32,000 nt of DNA from Bacillus subtilis subsp. subtilis str. 168 (GTDB lineage Bacteria; Bacillota; Bacilli; Bacillales; Bacillaceae): NCBI RefSeq assembly GCF_000009045.1, contig NC_000964.3, positions 3,930,001 to 3,962,000 on the forward strand, in the 5' to 3' direction. The notes below the pieces were generated by a model. It was given only the letters and a program-made list of their open reading frames with translations, was not told the DNA's origin and made no database searches. Positions 1-9,834 of this stretch are shown piece by piece; within the stretch, counting starts at the first letter, position 1, and every line of letters starts with the position of its first letter. The position numbers were made by a program, and so were the translations under genes.

Positions 1-553
1 GATTTTCCTCCGATGTCGTATAGGCTTCTTTCGATTGGGACACGACATCTCCCTCAACAGCGAGCCAGGATGTAACTAAATTGTCGATTGCGGATGACGC
101 TTCATCCAATTGTTTTTTTTCTATGAACTGTTTTGTGTCTTTCAAGCTTTGTATATAGGCTGTTAAGGACGCCCTTGATTGACCTGAGGATGTCTTTTTC
201 AGCACGACAGCCTGCTGATAGGTTTCTAAATGAGACGCAAGCTCTTCAAGCTGTGTTTTGAGCTTACGTGCGTCTTGATTGATAAAAGAAAGAGAAATCA
301 TCGCGATATTCGCGTCCATTTCACTGTGAGAAGAAAGGTTTTCTTTCTTAATAGAAGGTTCTTCTTTTTTCCACTTCGCCTTGAAGGTGTCAAACGTTTG
401 TTGTGCCGAATCCATATCCCCGTCTTTTACGGATTTGATCATTTGCTTGTTTAATTGAATTAATGCGGCGATCGGATCATCTTCCGCATGTGCCGCAGAA
501 CCGAAAACCATCAACAAGCTGAATAGAATAAGTGCCAGCCCCCGAGCCATCAT
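1..553 (-). CDS. efeU: 5' portion of an exported or membrane protein gene that runs off the window start; most likely the FTR1-type iron permease EfeU (YwbL) with its N-terminal extracytoplasmic extension
   Basis: Minus-strand frame is open from ATG at 551-553 (SD GGAGG = complement of 557-561) to position 1. It is absent from the ORF track because it is truncated. Translation begins MMARGLALILFSLLMVFGSAAHAEDDP (signal peptide), followed by a Lys/Asp/Glu-rich helical region. Identity is inferred from synteny next to thiE and from the Fur box in its promoter. Confidence 0.6.
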   Translation of the reverse strand, partial: MMARGLALILFSLLMVFGSAAHAEDDPIAALIQLNKQMIKSVKDGDMDSAQQTFDTFKAKWKKEEPSIKKENLSSHSEMDANIAMISLSFINQDARKLKTQLEELASHLETYQQAVVLKKTSSGQSRASLTAYIQSLKDTKQFIEKKQLDEASSAIDNLVTSWLAVEGDVVSQSKEAYTTSEEN

Positions 554-567
554 GTTCCTCCTATAAT

Positions 568-622
568 TGAAAATGATTATCATTGTATAACATAATCATA
601 GCCAGTTCCTGTCCTTTGTCAA
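568..622 (-). promoter_or_regulatory. SigA-type promoter with an overlapping downstream Fur box
   Basis: Minus strand reads TTGACA (617-622) - 16 nt - TATGAT (595-600). Downstream, TGATAATCATTTTCA (568-582) matches the 7-1-7 Fur motif TGATAATNATTATCA at 14 of 15 positions. Confidence 0.7.
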
Positions 623-658
623 TTAAAATTTGAAGGTCTGAAAACCTTGATGGACAGC

Positions 659-686
659 AAAAAAGCTGTCCTTTTACAGAACAGCC
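659..686 (-). terminator. Intrinsic terminator after thiE
   Basis: Minus strand: GCTGTTCT / AGGACAGC stem (one G-U pair) with loop GTAAA, followed by TTTTTT. It starts about 20 nt after the thiE stop. Confidence 0.6.
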
Positions 687-706
687 CTTTGAAGGAAAAT
701 GAACGA

Positions 707-2190
<1,484 letters not shown>

Positions 2191-2197
2191 ATTTGCA

Positions 2198-3103
2198 TCA
2201 TCCTTTACTATCTTTTTTCGGGTCCCATAAATACGATTTCGTATGTTCGAGCCAAGCTCTGGCGGCAAACGACAAGTACCTGTCCTTTCTCCAAATAATG
2301 GCGAGGTGCCAAGGGATGACCGGATCGACAAGCGGAATGACTTTCACTTTTTCCGGGTCAAGGCCGCGGCAGATCCGTTCCGGCAAAAGCCCGATCCCAA
2401 GGTTGGCGGATACCATCTCACTAATAAAATCCCATTGTGATGTTTCATAAATGATATGGGGCCGGAACCCAGCCTTGATACATTCCGTCATAATTCGGTT
2501 GTGCAGGACAAAATCCTCTCTGAAGAAAATAAAAGGCTCGTCCTTCAACTCACGCAGCTGACATTCTTTCTCATCAGCCAGCCGGTGGGAAGGGTGAACG
2601 ACAAGCATTAAGGTTTCTTTTACGATTGTAAACGAATGAAAGATATCTTCGTTTGCGGGAAGGACCACAACGCCGATATCAAGAGAGCCGTCCCCGACAC
2701 CTTCTTGGACTTTTATAGAACCGTCTTCGACTAGCTGAAAGGTGACATTCGGATAGTTTTCACGGAAATCGCCGAGCACTCTGGGGAAAAACCCCGATCC
2801 GATCATCGGCGGCAGTCCAATCCGTACGTGCCCTTTCTTGACTTCCATAATATCATTTAATTCTGACGTCAGGTTTTGAAATGATTTAATGATTTCCTGC
2901 GCCTGCACATACATGCTATGACCGGCATCAGTCAGTTCCACCTGCCTGCCGTTTCGGTAAAACAGTTCAATTCCGAGCTCTTCTTCTAAATTTTTGATCA
3001 TTTTTGATATCGTCGGCTGAGAAACATAAAGGGATTGGGAAGCCTTCGTAAAACTTTTTAAACGGGCGACTTCCAAGAAATATGTTAAATGGCGGATATC
3101 CAT
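2198..3103 (-). CDS. ywbI: LysR-family transcriptional regulator (CidR-like)
   Basis: ORF track 2198..3127. The start was moved to ATG 3101-3103 ([44 protein letters not shown], a canonical LTTR HTH) with SD AAAGGGTGA. It is divergent from ywbH. Confidence 0.9.
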   Translation of the reverse strand: MDIRHLTYFLEVARLKSFTKASQSLYVSQPTISKMIKNLEEELGIELFYRNGRQVELTDAGHSMYVQAQEIIKSFQNLTSELNDIMEVKKGHVRIGLPPMIGSGFFPRVLGDFRENYPNVTFQLVEDGSIKVQEGVGDGSLDIGVVVLPANEDIFHSFTIVKETLMLVVHPSHRLADEKECQLRELKDEPFIFFREDFVLHNRIMTECIKAGFRPHIIYETSQWDFISEMVSANLGIGLLPERICRGLDPEKVKVIPLVDPVIPWHLAIIWRKDRYLSFAARAWLEHTKSYLWDPKKDSKG

Positions 3104-3208
3104 GCGCTTCACCCTTTCTATAGACAAAAGGAATACTTCTTATTCTTAATATATATTTTACCTATAGAGAGACCTTATGTACAATAAGTATATAAGGGAG
3201 GCATCAAT

Positions 3209-3595
3209 ATGAAAAAACTGTTGCTAACCGTTATTCAAATCGCTCTGTTATTTATATTTGCTCGGCTGATTAATTGGGTGACAGCCCTTCTTCATATAAA
3301 TATTCCCGGCAGTATAATAGGGATTGTGATTCTTTTCACATTATTGCACTTTAACATTATCAAGCTTGAATGGATCGAGCTTGGTGCAGCGTGGCTTCTC
3401 GGGGAGCTGCTTTTATTTTTTATCCCGTCTGCCGTCGGAGTGATTGAATACGGAGACATTATGTCGAAATTTGGTGTCAGCATTCTGCTTGTTGTCATCA
3501 TCAGCACGTTTGTCGTGATGGTGTCTACAGGAACGCTTACACAACTCATCGCAAAGAGAAAGGAGAAAAAGCATACGTGTTCATCGGAATTGTAA
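3209..3595 (+). CDS. ywbH: CidA/LrgA-family small membrane protein (holin-like)
   Basis: 128 aa with four hydrophobic segments and a charged C-terminal tail (KRKEKKH). SD AAGGGAGG at 3193-3200. Confidence 0.9.
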   Translation: MKKLLLTVIQIALLFIFARLINWVTALLHINIPGSIIGIVILFTLLHFNIIKLEWIELGAAWLLGELLLFFIPSAVGVIEYGDIMSKFGVSILLVVIISTFVVMVSTGTLTQLIAKRKEKKHTCSSEL

Positions 3596-4254
3596 GTTTG
3601 TTTTTAACGGTTTTGGTGTATTTAGGAGCAAAAAAGGTATATCAACGCTTTCCGCGTGTTTATACGTCGCCGCTATTGGTGACGCCCGCTGTATTAGTCG
3701 GTCTGCTGCTGCTGGTGAATGTCCCGTACGAGTCCTATAATCTCGGCGGCGGATTGCTGACCGATATGCTACAGCCGGCCACCGTGGCATTCGCGATCCC
3801 GTTATATAAATATTTCCCTGTTTTAAAGAAATACGCAGTGGAAATTATTTTGAATGTGGCCGTCGGTTCATGCATCGCGATTATTTCTACCGCTCTTATT
3901 GCGAAATGGCTTCACCTCGGCACCGGCTTAATTGACAGCCTCGTCCCAAGATCAGTGACAACGCCGATCGCGATGAACGTATCTGAAATGATCGGCGGTA
4001 TGCCTGCCGTCACAGCCGTGTTTGTGATTTTAACCGCTTTGCTCGGCACAGTGATCGGCCCGATGGTCATCCGTTATTTCCGCATTGATAACGAAATTGC
4101 GCGGGGCGTGCTGCTTGGCACAAGCGCGCACGGAGCGGGAACGTCAAAGGCATTTGAGCTCAGCTCTGTGTCCGGCACGATTTCCAGCGTGTCGATGATC
4201 TTAGCTGCGATTATGACGCTTTGCGCGGCGCCGTTTTTGCTTTCATTTATGTAA
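3577..4254 (+). CDS. ywbG: CidB/LrgB-family membrane protein
   Basis: 225 aa polytopic protein. GTG start at 3577 follows AAAGGAG (3559-3565) and overlaps the ywbH 3' end by 19 nt. Confidence 0.88.
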   Translation: MFIGIVSLFLTVLVYLGAKKVYQRFPRVYTSPLLVTPAVLVGLLLLVNVPYESYNLGGGLLTDMLQPATVAFAIPLYKYFPVLKKYAVEIILNVAVGSCIAIISTALIAKWLHLGTGLIDSLVPRSVTTPIAMNVSEMIGGMPAVTAVFVILTALLGTVIGPMVIRYFRIDNEIARGVLLGTSAHGAGTSKAFELSSVSGTISSVSMILAAIMTLCAAPFLLSFM

Positions 4255-4257
4255 AAA

Positions 4258-4284
4258 ACTGTCCTCTCGAGGGCAGTTTTTTTT
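4258..4284 (+). terminator. Intrinsic terminator after ywbG
   Basis: ACTGTCC-TCGA-GGGCAGT hairpin followed by a run of 8 T. Confidence 0.8.
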
Positions 4285-4299
4285 ATGTGCTTCCCCTTA

Positions 4300-4327
4300 T
4301 TGAAAAGCTGGCGAATTCCAATATAAT
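4300..4327 (+). promoter_or_regulatory. SigA-type promoter for ywbF
   Basis: TTGAAA (4300-4305) - 16 nt - TATAAT (4322-4327), about 30 nt upstream of the ywbF ATG. Confidence 0.6.
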
Positions 4328-4357
4328 GTATTTGTGGATACCAAAGGAGGCACCCTG

Positions 4358-5557
4358 ATGCACAACTTGCAGGTGAGGCGGCATTATGCCGCGTTAAAAG
4401 GATTTTATTTGTTTGCTTTTCTCGGTACGGGCAGCATAATTCCCTTACTCAGTATGTATTTAACGAAGGAACAGCATTTAAGCGGATCACAGGTCGGCTT
4501 GATCATGTCACTGGGCCCGATTGTGATGATTTTCTTTCAGCCGTTTTGGGGCATGCTGAGCGACTATACGCAAAAAACGAAAGGCCTGCTGGCGGTTTGC
4601 ACATCAATCACAGGCATCATTGGATTAGCCTATATTGCATTTGACAGTTTCCCTCTGTTTATTTTGATTGCGGCCTGTTTTGCAGCCTTTCAAAGCACGA
4701 TTATTCCACTTTCGGACAGCATTTCACTAAGGTACACACAAGAAACAAACGGCAACTACGGCGGAATCCGCCTGTTTGGTTCTCTCGGCTTCGGTGTCGC
4801 GGTGTTTGCCATGGGACAGGTGACGAACCAGCTGTACCCCATTCACGTGATCTTTATCTTTGGCTGTGCCTTTCTGTGCATTGCTGCCATATTGGCTTCA
4901 CAAGTGCCCGGCCAGCAGAAAACAACAAAGGTCAATATCCGCAAAGGATTCCGGGAGCTTATCAGCAACAAAACTTTCCTCATCTTTATGATCATCACCT
5001 TTACGACATTTGCTCCAAACTTAGCGAACAATACGTATTTCAGTCTTTTTCTGGACAAAAGCGGCGCGTCACTTTCCGCTATCGGCATTTTATTTTTCAT
5101 CGGTGTCATTTCAGAAATTCCATTTATGAGATTCGCCCAAACATTTATAGATAAAATGGGGCTGCTCAACGTCATTATGCTGTCAGGCGGAGTCTCATTA
5201 TTCAGGTGGGCGCTCTATTTCACGGCGCCTTCACTATGGATCATTTATGCGACGGTCTTTCTTCAGGGAGTGGCCATCGGTTTATTTATCCCGGCGGCGC
5301 TTCAATATGTGAAAAAGATTACCCCAAGACACGTTGAAGCGACGGCGCTGACCATGTACGCCGCCATTGGCAACGGGTTCGGCAACTGGTTCTGCACATT
5401 TGCAGGCGGGTACATTTTTGACTACGTGTCGATCTTCGCAGTCTACTTGCTTTTTGGCATTCTGAGCATAGCAGGCTTTGGCCTGACATTATATTTAATG
5501 AAGGCTGAAAAAAACAAACATACACTTCATCAGCCGGCTGTTACTTTTAAACCATAA
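4358..5557 (+). CDS. ywbF: MFS transporter (LacY/sugar-proton symporter-like), substrate unknown
   Basis: ORF track 4334..5557. The start was moved to ATG 4358, preceded by AAAGGAGG (4343-4350). About 12 hydrophobic segments. Confidence 0.85.
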   Translation: MHNLQVRRHYAALKGFYLFAFLGTGSIIPLLSMYLTKEQHLSGSQVGLIMSLGPIVMIFFQPFWGMLSDYTQKTKGLLAVCTSITGIIGLAYIAFDSFPLFILIAACFAAFQSTIIPLSDSISLRYTQETNGNYGGIRLFGSLGFGVAVFAMGQVTNQLYPIHVIFIFGCAFLCIAAILASQVPGQQKTTKVNIRKGFRELISNKTFLIFMIITFTTFAPNLANNTYFSLFLDKSGASLSAIGILFFIGVISEIPFMRFAQTFIDKMGLLNVIMLSGGVSLFRWALYFTAPSLWIIYATVFLQGVAIGLFIPAALQYVKKITPRHVEATALTMYAAIGNGFGNWFCTFAGGYIFDYVSIFAVYLLFGILSIAGFGLTLYLMKAEKNKHTLHQPAVTFKP

Positions 5558-5590
5558 TGACTATAATGAACAAAAGAAAGGATGTGCGTT

Positions 5591-5788
5591 ATGAACGGGC
5601 AAGAGCGAAACAGCATTTCGAAAGGGTTGCAGGTTGATATTGTATTGAAAGCAGATCAAAAAACAGGAAAACTGACGAGAGGGACAGTGAAGGATATTTT
5701 GACGAAATCAAACTTTCATCCGCATGGCATTAAAGTCCGTCTTGAAGATGGCCGCATCGGCCGCGACCAGCAGATCGTTTCTACATAA
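5591..5788 (+). CDS. ywbE: Small conserved cytoplasmic protein of the YwbE family, function unknown
   Basis: ORF track 5582..5788. The likely start is ATG 5591 (MNGQERNSISKGLQVDIVLK...), after GAAAGGA. 65 aa, Lys/Gly-rich, no TM segment. Confidence 0.75.
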   Translation: MNGQERNSISKGLQVDIVLKADQKTGKLTRGTVKDILTKSNFHPHGIKVRLEDGRIGRDQQIVST

Positions 5789-5821
5789 AAAAAAGCTGCC
5801 CCTGAACAGGGCAGCTTTTTC
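5789..5821. terminator. Bidirectional intrinsic terminator (ywbE / ywbD)
   Basis: AAAAGCTGCCC-CTGAACA-GGGCAGCTTTT with A-run and T-run flanks, lying between convergent stops at 5788 and 5824. Confidence 0.85.
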
Positions 5822-5823
5822 AT

Positions 5824-7014
5824 TTATTTTTTCTGCAGAAGGACCACTTTCAGGTAGTTGCCTTCCGGAAATGCCGAAATCGTTTTGAAATCCTCCGGCA
5901 GCGTAAATTCCTCAATGATCGTGTAGCGTTCATTTGTTTCTTTAAAGGCGGCATCAATAAAGCCTTTGAACTTCTTCATGCCAAAGGCGCTGCTGTTTGT
6001 AGAGGCAACAATGACACCCTTGTCAGCAGTGATGGCGATCGTTTCCTTCAGCAGGTTTTTATAATCCTTGGCCGCGCTGAAGGTGCGTTTTTTTGTGCGC
6101 GCAAAGGAAGGCGGATCTAGAATAATCAGATCAAAGCGCAAATCCTTTTTTGCAGCATATGAAAAATAGTTAAAAACGTCCATCACTTTAATGTCGTGCG
6201 CTTCGTAATCCAGCTTGTTCACGCTGAATTGCTCGATCGTTTTGGCAAGACTTCGATTTGCCACGTCGACGCTTGTTGTTTTCTCCGCTCCGCCAAGCGC
6301 CGCCGCCACGGAGAATGCACCCGTATAAGAAAACGTATTTAAAACGGTTTTCCCTTTTGCATAGCGGTCTCTGATCGCCTTGCGCACATGTCTCTGATCC
6401 AAAAAGATGCCCGTCATGGCGCCTTCATTCAGATCCACCGCGTATTGAATGCCATTCTCTTGGATGATGATCGGGAACTCGCCCCTTCTCCCTTTCACGA
6501 AGTCATCATCTTCAACGTATTGTCCAGCCGTGTCGAAGCGTTTCTTCTCGTAAATCGCTTTATAATCAAGATCCATCTCATCCAATGCGGAAATCAGCAT
6601 GTCTTTAAAGGTGTAAATTCCCTTGCTGTACCATTGAATCAGCAGGTAGCCGTCATAATAGTCGATGGTGACGCCGCCGACACCGTCACCCTCACCGTTG
6701 AACAGGCGGAAAGCTGTTGTATCTTGAGCCTCAAATAGTTTGGCGCGCGCTTGGGCCGCTTTTGTTAATTTGCTGAGAAAAAATGCTTGGTCAATCTGTT
6801 CATGTTTATTGCGGGTAAGCGTCCAGCCAACCCCTTTGTTTTGCAGGCCGTAATAGCCCCGCGCGAGAAACTCGCCGCCGCTCTCAGACACGATATCAAC
6901 GAGGTCTCCTTCTTTCATGTGCCCCGCACTCCCTGCGAGAGCTTCTTTTTCAATAAGGGGATAGCCTTTTTTTATTTTGGCAGCGTGTGCTTTTTTTAGG
7001 GTGAGTAGCTTCAT
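5824..7014 (-). CDS. ywbD: SAM-dependent rRNA (cytosine-C5) methyltransferase, RlmI-like, with N-terminal PUA-like domain
   Basis: 396 aa. Motif I-like VLNTFSYTGAFSV and motif IV IILDPPSF. SD AAGAGGA lies 8 nt upstream of ATG 7012-7014. Confidence 0.85.
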   Translation of the reverse strand: MKLLTLKKAHAAKIKKGYPLIEKEALAGSAGHMKEGDLVDIVSESGGEFLARGYYGLQNKGVGWTLTRNKHEQIDQAFFLSKLTKAAQARAKLFEAQDTTAFRLFNGEGDGVGGVTIDYYDGYLLIQWYSKGIYTFKDMLISALDEMDLDYKAIYEKKRFDTAGQYVEDDDFVKGRRGEFPIIIQENGIQYAVDLNEGAMTGIFLDQRHVRKAIRDRYAKGKTVLNTFSYTGAFSVAAALGGAEKTTSVDVANRSLAKTIEQFSVNKLDYEAHDIKVMDVFNYFSYAAKKDLRFDLIILDPPSFARTKKRTFSAAKDYKNLLKETIAITADKGVIVASTNSSAFGMKKFKGFIDAAFKETNERYTIIEEFTLPEDFKTISAFPEGNYLKVVLLQKK

Positions 7015-7076
7015 ATATGTCGTCCTCTTTCCGTTTGCTTTCTCTTATGGTACCACAAAACGCCAAGATGTCTGCA

Positions 7077-7105
7077 TTGACAGAAAGGAAAGGTTTTTCT
7101 ACGAT
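7077..7105 (+). promoter_or_regulatory. SigA-type promoter for ywbC
   Basis: TTGACA (7077-7082) - 17 nt - TACGAT (7100-7105). Confidence 0.6.
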
Positions 7106-7134
7106 AGACAAAAAGAGTTACGAGGAGGAGCAGC

Positions 7135-7515
7135 ATGGCAAAACGAATTGACCATACAGGCATCATGGTAAGAGATATTAACGCGTCCATCACATTTTAT
7201 GAAGAGGTACTAGGCATGAAATTGAAGGATCGCATCACTCACACGAACGGTGTAATCGAGCTTGCTTTTCTTGGCTTTGAAGACGGCCCGGAAACAGAAA
7301 TTGAACTGATTCAAGGCTACAGCAGCGAGCTTCCCGCTGAAGGAAAAGTGCACCACATTGCCCTGCTGACGGATGACATCGCGGCTGAATATACAAAAGC
7401 GGAAAAAATGAACGCAAAATTTATCGACGAGGAGATCACAACACTTCCAAACGGATACCGTTATTTCTATATCGAAGGCCCTGACGGTGAGTGGATTGAG
7501 TTCTTTCAGCGGTAA
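7135..7515 (+). CDS. ywbC: Glyoxalase/VOC-family protein
   Basis: 126 aa. N-terminal IDHTGIMVRD and HHIAL are typical of vicinal-oxygen-chelate folds. SD GAGGAGG. Confidence 0.85.
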   Translation: MAKRIDHTGIMVRDINASITFYEEVLGMKLKDRITHTNGVIELAFLGFEDGPETEIELIQGYSSELPAEGKVHHIALLTDDIAAEYTKAEKMNAKFIDEEITTLPNGYRYFYIEGPDGEWIEFFQR

Positions 7516-7518
7516 AAA

Positions 7519-7555
7519 TAAAGAACGTACATTTTGTGATGTACGTTCTTTTTTA
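7519..7555. terminator. Bidirectional intrinsic terminator (ywbC / ywbB)
   Basis: AAGAACGTACAT-TTTGTG-ATGTACGTTCTT 12-bp stem flanked by A and T runs. It overlaps the ywbB stop codon. Confidence 0.85.
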
Positions 7556-8230
7556 TCTATACCAACTGATATACGTTGACTCATCGCAAATCATAGCTTC
7601 CCAGCCCATACGCTCAACCAATTCATGGATGTTTTTATCTTTGGCTAAAAAGACATTAATGAATGAGTCATATACACTCATAAACACAAAATCCATTTTC
7701 TCATCAGTTAAAACGAGCTCTGTTGCGGCTTCATCAAGAACCGTCCGCAAGTTGGCTTCAGTTATGTCCAAAACGCCGCGGTTTTCCACAATCGGTTCTG
7801 CGTAATAAAACCGATTGGATCCGTTCGCACCTAATACCTTTACCAAACTCGGAATATGAAAATTTGAAATATGATCCTCACTGGGATAATAGAGGTCTCC
7901 ATTTATGTTTTCATGTAACACCTCAGCCAAATCCTCTCTCGCGAACTCGTCCCTTAAAGCGCCTATCGACGTCATTAAAGCCAGCGCCAGCTCAGCATGT
8001 GTTTGAAAGCCGCAAGAAGACATAACCTTCTTCCAGGAAACAGCCTTGCCTATTCCTCTTATTTCATTATCGTTTGGATAAATATGTTCATAATCATTTT
8101 TTCTTTTTGCATTCTCCCATCCTTCAGGCATTTGGATAAAAGGAGAAAAGATAAGAGCAGCAGATGAGTATTCAACTGGTACTTGTTGTAAGATTGGTGA
8201 TTCGTCATCTAACCATATATAATCTAGCAT
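7553..8230 (-). CDS. ywbB: Uncharacterised acidic cytoplasmic protein (YwbB family)
   Basis: ORF track 7553..8257. The start was moved to ATG 8228-8230 (MLDYIWLDDES...), preceded by AAAGGAGG. No TM segment, signal peptide or catalytic motif that I recognise. Confidence 0.8.
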   Translation of the reverse strand: MLDYIWLDDESPILQQVPVEYSSAALIFSPFIQMPEGWENAKRKNDYEHIYPNDNEIRGIGKAVSWKKVMSSCGFQTHAELALALMTSIGALRDEFAREDLAEVLHENINGDLYYPSEDHISNFHIPSLVKVLGANGSNRFYYAEPIVENRGVLDITEANLRTVLDEAATELVLTDEKMDFVFMSVYDSFINVFLAKDKNIHELVERMGWEAMICDESTYISWYR

Positions 8231-8273
8231 GCGCACCTCCTTTACATATTCTAACATTCCTTTCGTTTGAAAG

Positions 8274-8305
8274 AGATGATCAGCCCTATGACAGGCTGAT
8301 CATCT
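8274..8305 (-). terminator. Strong hairpin directly after the ywbA stop; a possible weak or partial terminator
   Basis: 12-bp perfect stem AGATGATCAGCC / GGCTGATCATCT with an 8-nt loop. The downstream tract on the minus strand (CTTTCAAAC) is T-poor. Confidence 0.45.
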
Positions 8306-8306
8306 A

Positions 8307-9641
8307 TCACATCACATTTTTATCCCCAGATTCAACCGCACTCTCTTCCCGCCATTTTTGATGATCCCATATTCTGAAAAACGGATAGTAGATAGCACAG
8401 GTGATCAGCAGATTTACCAGCTGCATAACTGCGCCCGACACCTTTCCGCCTGTCGCCAGGTAACCTGATATGAGCGGCGGCATCGTCCATGGCACCGCGA
8501 TTCCGGCCGGTCTTGCCACCAGCCCGGTGCTCATGCCGATATAAGTCGCGGTAATCGTGAGGAGCGGTGCGATGATAAATGGGACAATAAGGAGGGGATT
8601 CATGACAATCGGCATGCCGAAAATGATCGGCTCGTTGATATTAAATAGCGCAGGGCCGATTCCTAATCGTCCAAGCTGCTTCATTTGTTTGCTGCGGGAG
8701 CGCACAAGCATCGTCAGGACAAGCGCCAGCGTCGCCCCGCTTCCGCCGACATTGATCCAAATTTGAAAAAACTGAGTCGTAAAAATACTCGGCAGCGCCT
8801 CGCCTGCTTGGAAGGCGAGACGGTTGGCATCCATCGCGCCGTACCAAATCGGCGCCATGATTCCGCCAATGATGGAAGCCCCGTGAATCCCGCACGACCA
8901 AAGCAGCATCTGCACAAATTCAGCGATCAGGCTTCCGCCGAGACTGCCGCCAAGGATGGAAAGCGGTGTGCCAAGCAGGTCTCCTACGACATTGTGCAGA
9001 CTCTGAAAAGGTGTCATTTCAATCAGAAGACGCGCCAGCCATACGAGAAGCACAATGATAAAGCCGGGAATCAGCGCGACAAATGATTTGCTTACCGCAG
9101 GCGGCACACCGTCTGGCATTTTGAAGACGATATTTTTTTGAATAATGTACCGATAGATTTCGGTTGAAAACAAGGCGATCAGCATGGCGACAAATAAGCC
9201 CTTGCTGCCGAGCAGCGTGATCGGGATTCCGCCCCCTACCATGATGGACTCCGTTGAGCCATGCGGTGTAAACGGCACCTCAAACGGTGTTGCCAGCAGA
9301 AATGCGGCAATTGAAATCGCTCCGGCAGAAAGGGCATCGACACCATAGCTTTCTGCCAGCCGATAGGCGATCCCAAAAGCGGCAATCATCGCCATAATAT
9401 CAAACGAAGCGTTAACAGGATATCCGAGCTTATCGGCCCACTCGTTCCCAAACACACTCGCCATGAAATCAGCATACCCCGGAATCGGCAAGCTCGTTAA
9501 AATCAAGAAGACAGACCCGATAATAATCAGCGGCATGGTCAGGATAATTCCGTCACGCAAAGCGCTGAGATGCCGCTGCCCGGCAATTTTCCCGGCGACA
9601 GGCATTATTTTTTCCTCCATCACCCGAGTGAATGTGCTCAT
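8307..9641 (-). CDS. ywbA: PTS EIIC component, lactose/cellobiose (Lac) family, orphan
   Basis: 444 aa polytopic protein. It aligns end to end with LicC in this window (for example GQRHL.ALRDGIILTMPLIIIGS and VFKMPDGVPPAVSKSFVALIPGF are identical). Confidence 0.92.
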   Translation of the reverse strand: MSTFTRVMEEKIMPVAGKIAGQRHLSALRDGIILTMPLIIIGSVFLILTSLPIPGYADFMASVFGNEWADKLGYPVNASFDIMAMIAAFGIAYRLAESYGVDALSAGAISIAAFLLATPFEVPFTPHGSTESIMVGGGIPITLLGSKGLFVAMLIALFSTEIYRYIIQKNIVFKMPDGVPPAVSKSFVALIPGFIIVLLVWLARLLIEMTPFQSLHNVVGDLLGTPLSILGGSLGGSLIAEFVQMLLWSCGIHGASIIGGIMAPIWYGAMDANRLAFQAGEALPSIFTTQFFQIWINVGGSGATLALVLTMLVRSRSKQMKQLGRLGIGPALFNINEPIIFGMPIVMNPLLIVPFIIAPLLTITATYIGMSTGLVARPAGIAVPWTMPPLISGYLATGGKVSGAVMQLVNLLITCAIYYPFFRIWDHQKWREESAVESGDKNVM

Positions 9642-9704
9642 CTTAAAAACCCCCTTTTCTCATTGCTTTGTGAACAACCTCCGCAATGTTTTCTTTATCT
9701 TATT

Positions 9705-9718
9705 TTGAAAACGCTTAC
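9705..9718. promoter_or_regulatory. cre (CcpA/HPr-Ser-P operator) upstream of ywbA
   Basis: TGAAAACGCTTACA fits TGWAANCGNTNWCA at every constrained position. It lies 64-77 nt upstream of the ywbA ATG and overlaps a TTGTAA -35-like hexamer on the minus strand. Confidence 0.65.
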
Positions 9719-9808
9719 AAATTCATTTGGAAAATTTCCTCTTCATGCGGAAAAAATCTGCATTTTGCTAAACAACCCTGCCCATGAAAAATTTTTTCCT
9801 TCTTACTA

Positions 9809-9834
9809 TTAATCTCTCTTTTTTTCTCCGATAT
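9809..9834 (+). promoter_or_regulatory. SigD-type promoter for epr
   Basis: TTAA - 15 nt - CCGATAT (9828-9834), compared with the SigD consensus TAAA-N15-GCCGATAT. It lies about 35 nt upstream of the epr ATG. Confidence 0.55.

Noticed and set aside
8557-9086. Antisense ORFs inside ywbA (8557..8766, 8685..9086), mirrored by similar ones inside licC (30391..30795, 30594..30812).
   Set aside because: The mirroring comes from ywbA/licC paralogy rather than from independent conservation. They lack start contexts and have Arg/Pro-rich nonsense-like composition.
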